14,506 nt of DNA from positions 1 through 14,506 of the IMG/VR virus record IMGVR_UViG_2778261446_000005, one strand, 5' to 3'. Shown here piece after piece: positions 14,028 to 14,506 of this stretch (positions are counted from its first letter, which is position 1; each line of letters opens with the position of its first letter). The notes below the pieces were generated by a model. The model ran no database searches. It was not told where the DNA came from and saw nothing but the letters and a program-made list of their open reading frames with translations. This DNA comes from a virus (lineage: Duplodnaviria; Heunggongvirae; Uroviricota; Caudoviricetes). The position numbers and the translations under genes were made by a program.

Positions 14028-14506
14028 GAGAACTAAACCTCACCAAAGAGCAGCACGAGTGGCTGAATGGCTGGCTTGAACTGTGGGGCGCATGGGTTTA
14101 TTCAGGTCGTCTGGAAAAGCGCATGAGCAGCGTAATAGCGAAGTTCATGGAGAGCGTAGAGCCGGGAAGAGTTATGACAAGGCCAATGTGTAATGATGAT
14201 GATGGAATGTTGATTTCTCAGGTCGTCGATTCCGTCATGTACATTGACAAGAAAGCCTTTGGCATCCTCCTCAGCTACTACGCCCACGGCTCTTCCAAGC
14301 ACGCCATTGCATCTTACTATCATCGCGTCGCAAGACCTCGCAAGATGTTATGCCGGGGCGGCGGGCGCATTCAAAAACCATCGCTCGCAACCTGTCGACG
14401 GGAAGTTGACGAAATCCTCAATGCCTCGTTGTTTATGATTTACCCGGTTCTGGATAGTGCGTTTAAAAACCGGAAACGTGTAGAGAAAATTAAACATGTA
14501 GCATAG
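14018..14506 (+). CDS. Q: Late-gene antiterminator Q (non-lambda Q family, about 162 aa)
   Basis: Immediately downstream of the nin cluster, where Q lies in lambdoid phages. Size and the W-x-GAW and C-x-DDD-M motifs resemble the phi21/82-type Q proteins as far as I recall. Start is a GTG at 14018 overlapping ninI by 10 nt; no in-frame ATG nearby. Stop coincides with the window end. Confidence 0.55.
   Translation: MGIRELNLTKEQHEWLNGWLELWGAWVYSGRLEKRMSSVIAKFMESVEPGRVMTRPMCNDDDGMLISQVVDSVMYIDKKAFGILLSYYAHGSSKHAIASYYHRVARPRKMLCRGGGRIQKPSLATCRREVDEILNASLFMIYPVLDSAFKNRKRVEKIKHVA

Noticed and set aside
14102-14438. ORFs 14102..14323 (-) and 14244..14438 (+) inside Q
   Set aside because: Alternative frames within the Q coding region, with no initiation signals.
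1-14506. Looked for CRISPR repeats, tRNA or rRNA genes, and transposase or IS elements
   Set aside because: No regularly spaced direct repeats with spacers, no cloverleaf-compatible tRNA-like segments noticed, and no transposase-like ORFs. The only repeats are the ori iterons, the operator palindromes and the low-complexity coding repeat.

Overview
This window reads as the early region of a lambdoid temperate phage or prophage from an enterobacterial host, running from the excisionase side (left) to the late antiterminator Q (right). Left half (1..7323) is the leftward, minus-strand early operon: xis-like gene, small 'ea'-type genes, Ea22-like protein, a coupled cassette of unknown genes, SSB, Erf recombinase, small ORFs, Kil-like, CIII, a 322-aa Glu/Ala/Lys/Arg-rich protein, terminator-punctuated small genes, and a phi21-type N. 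Centre is the immunity region: nutL, pL/OL, a P22-type c2 repressor, OR/pR, cro, nutR, cII-like gene and a candidate oop-like antisense RNA. Right half (plus strand) is the replication module (lambda-O-like initiator with internal iteron origin, DnaB-like helicase), a tR2-like terminator, the nin cluster (ninB, ninD, a Cys-rich nin protein, ninF, ninG, ninH, ninI phosphatase) and Q. Protein identities come from reading the translations against remembered family hallmarks; no database search was run, so names are family-level calls. I found no CRISPR array, tRNA, rRNA or transposase. The parts I cannot explain, and the best candidates for undescribed function, are the ER/K-rich protein with its flanking small genes (4690..6676) and the coupled four-gene cassette at 2032..3128.
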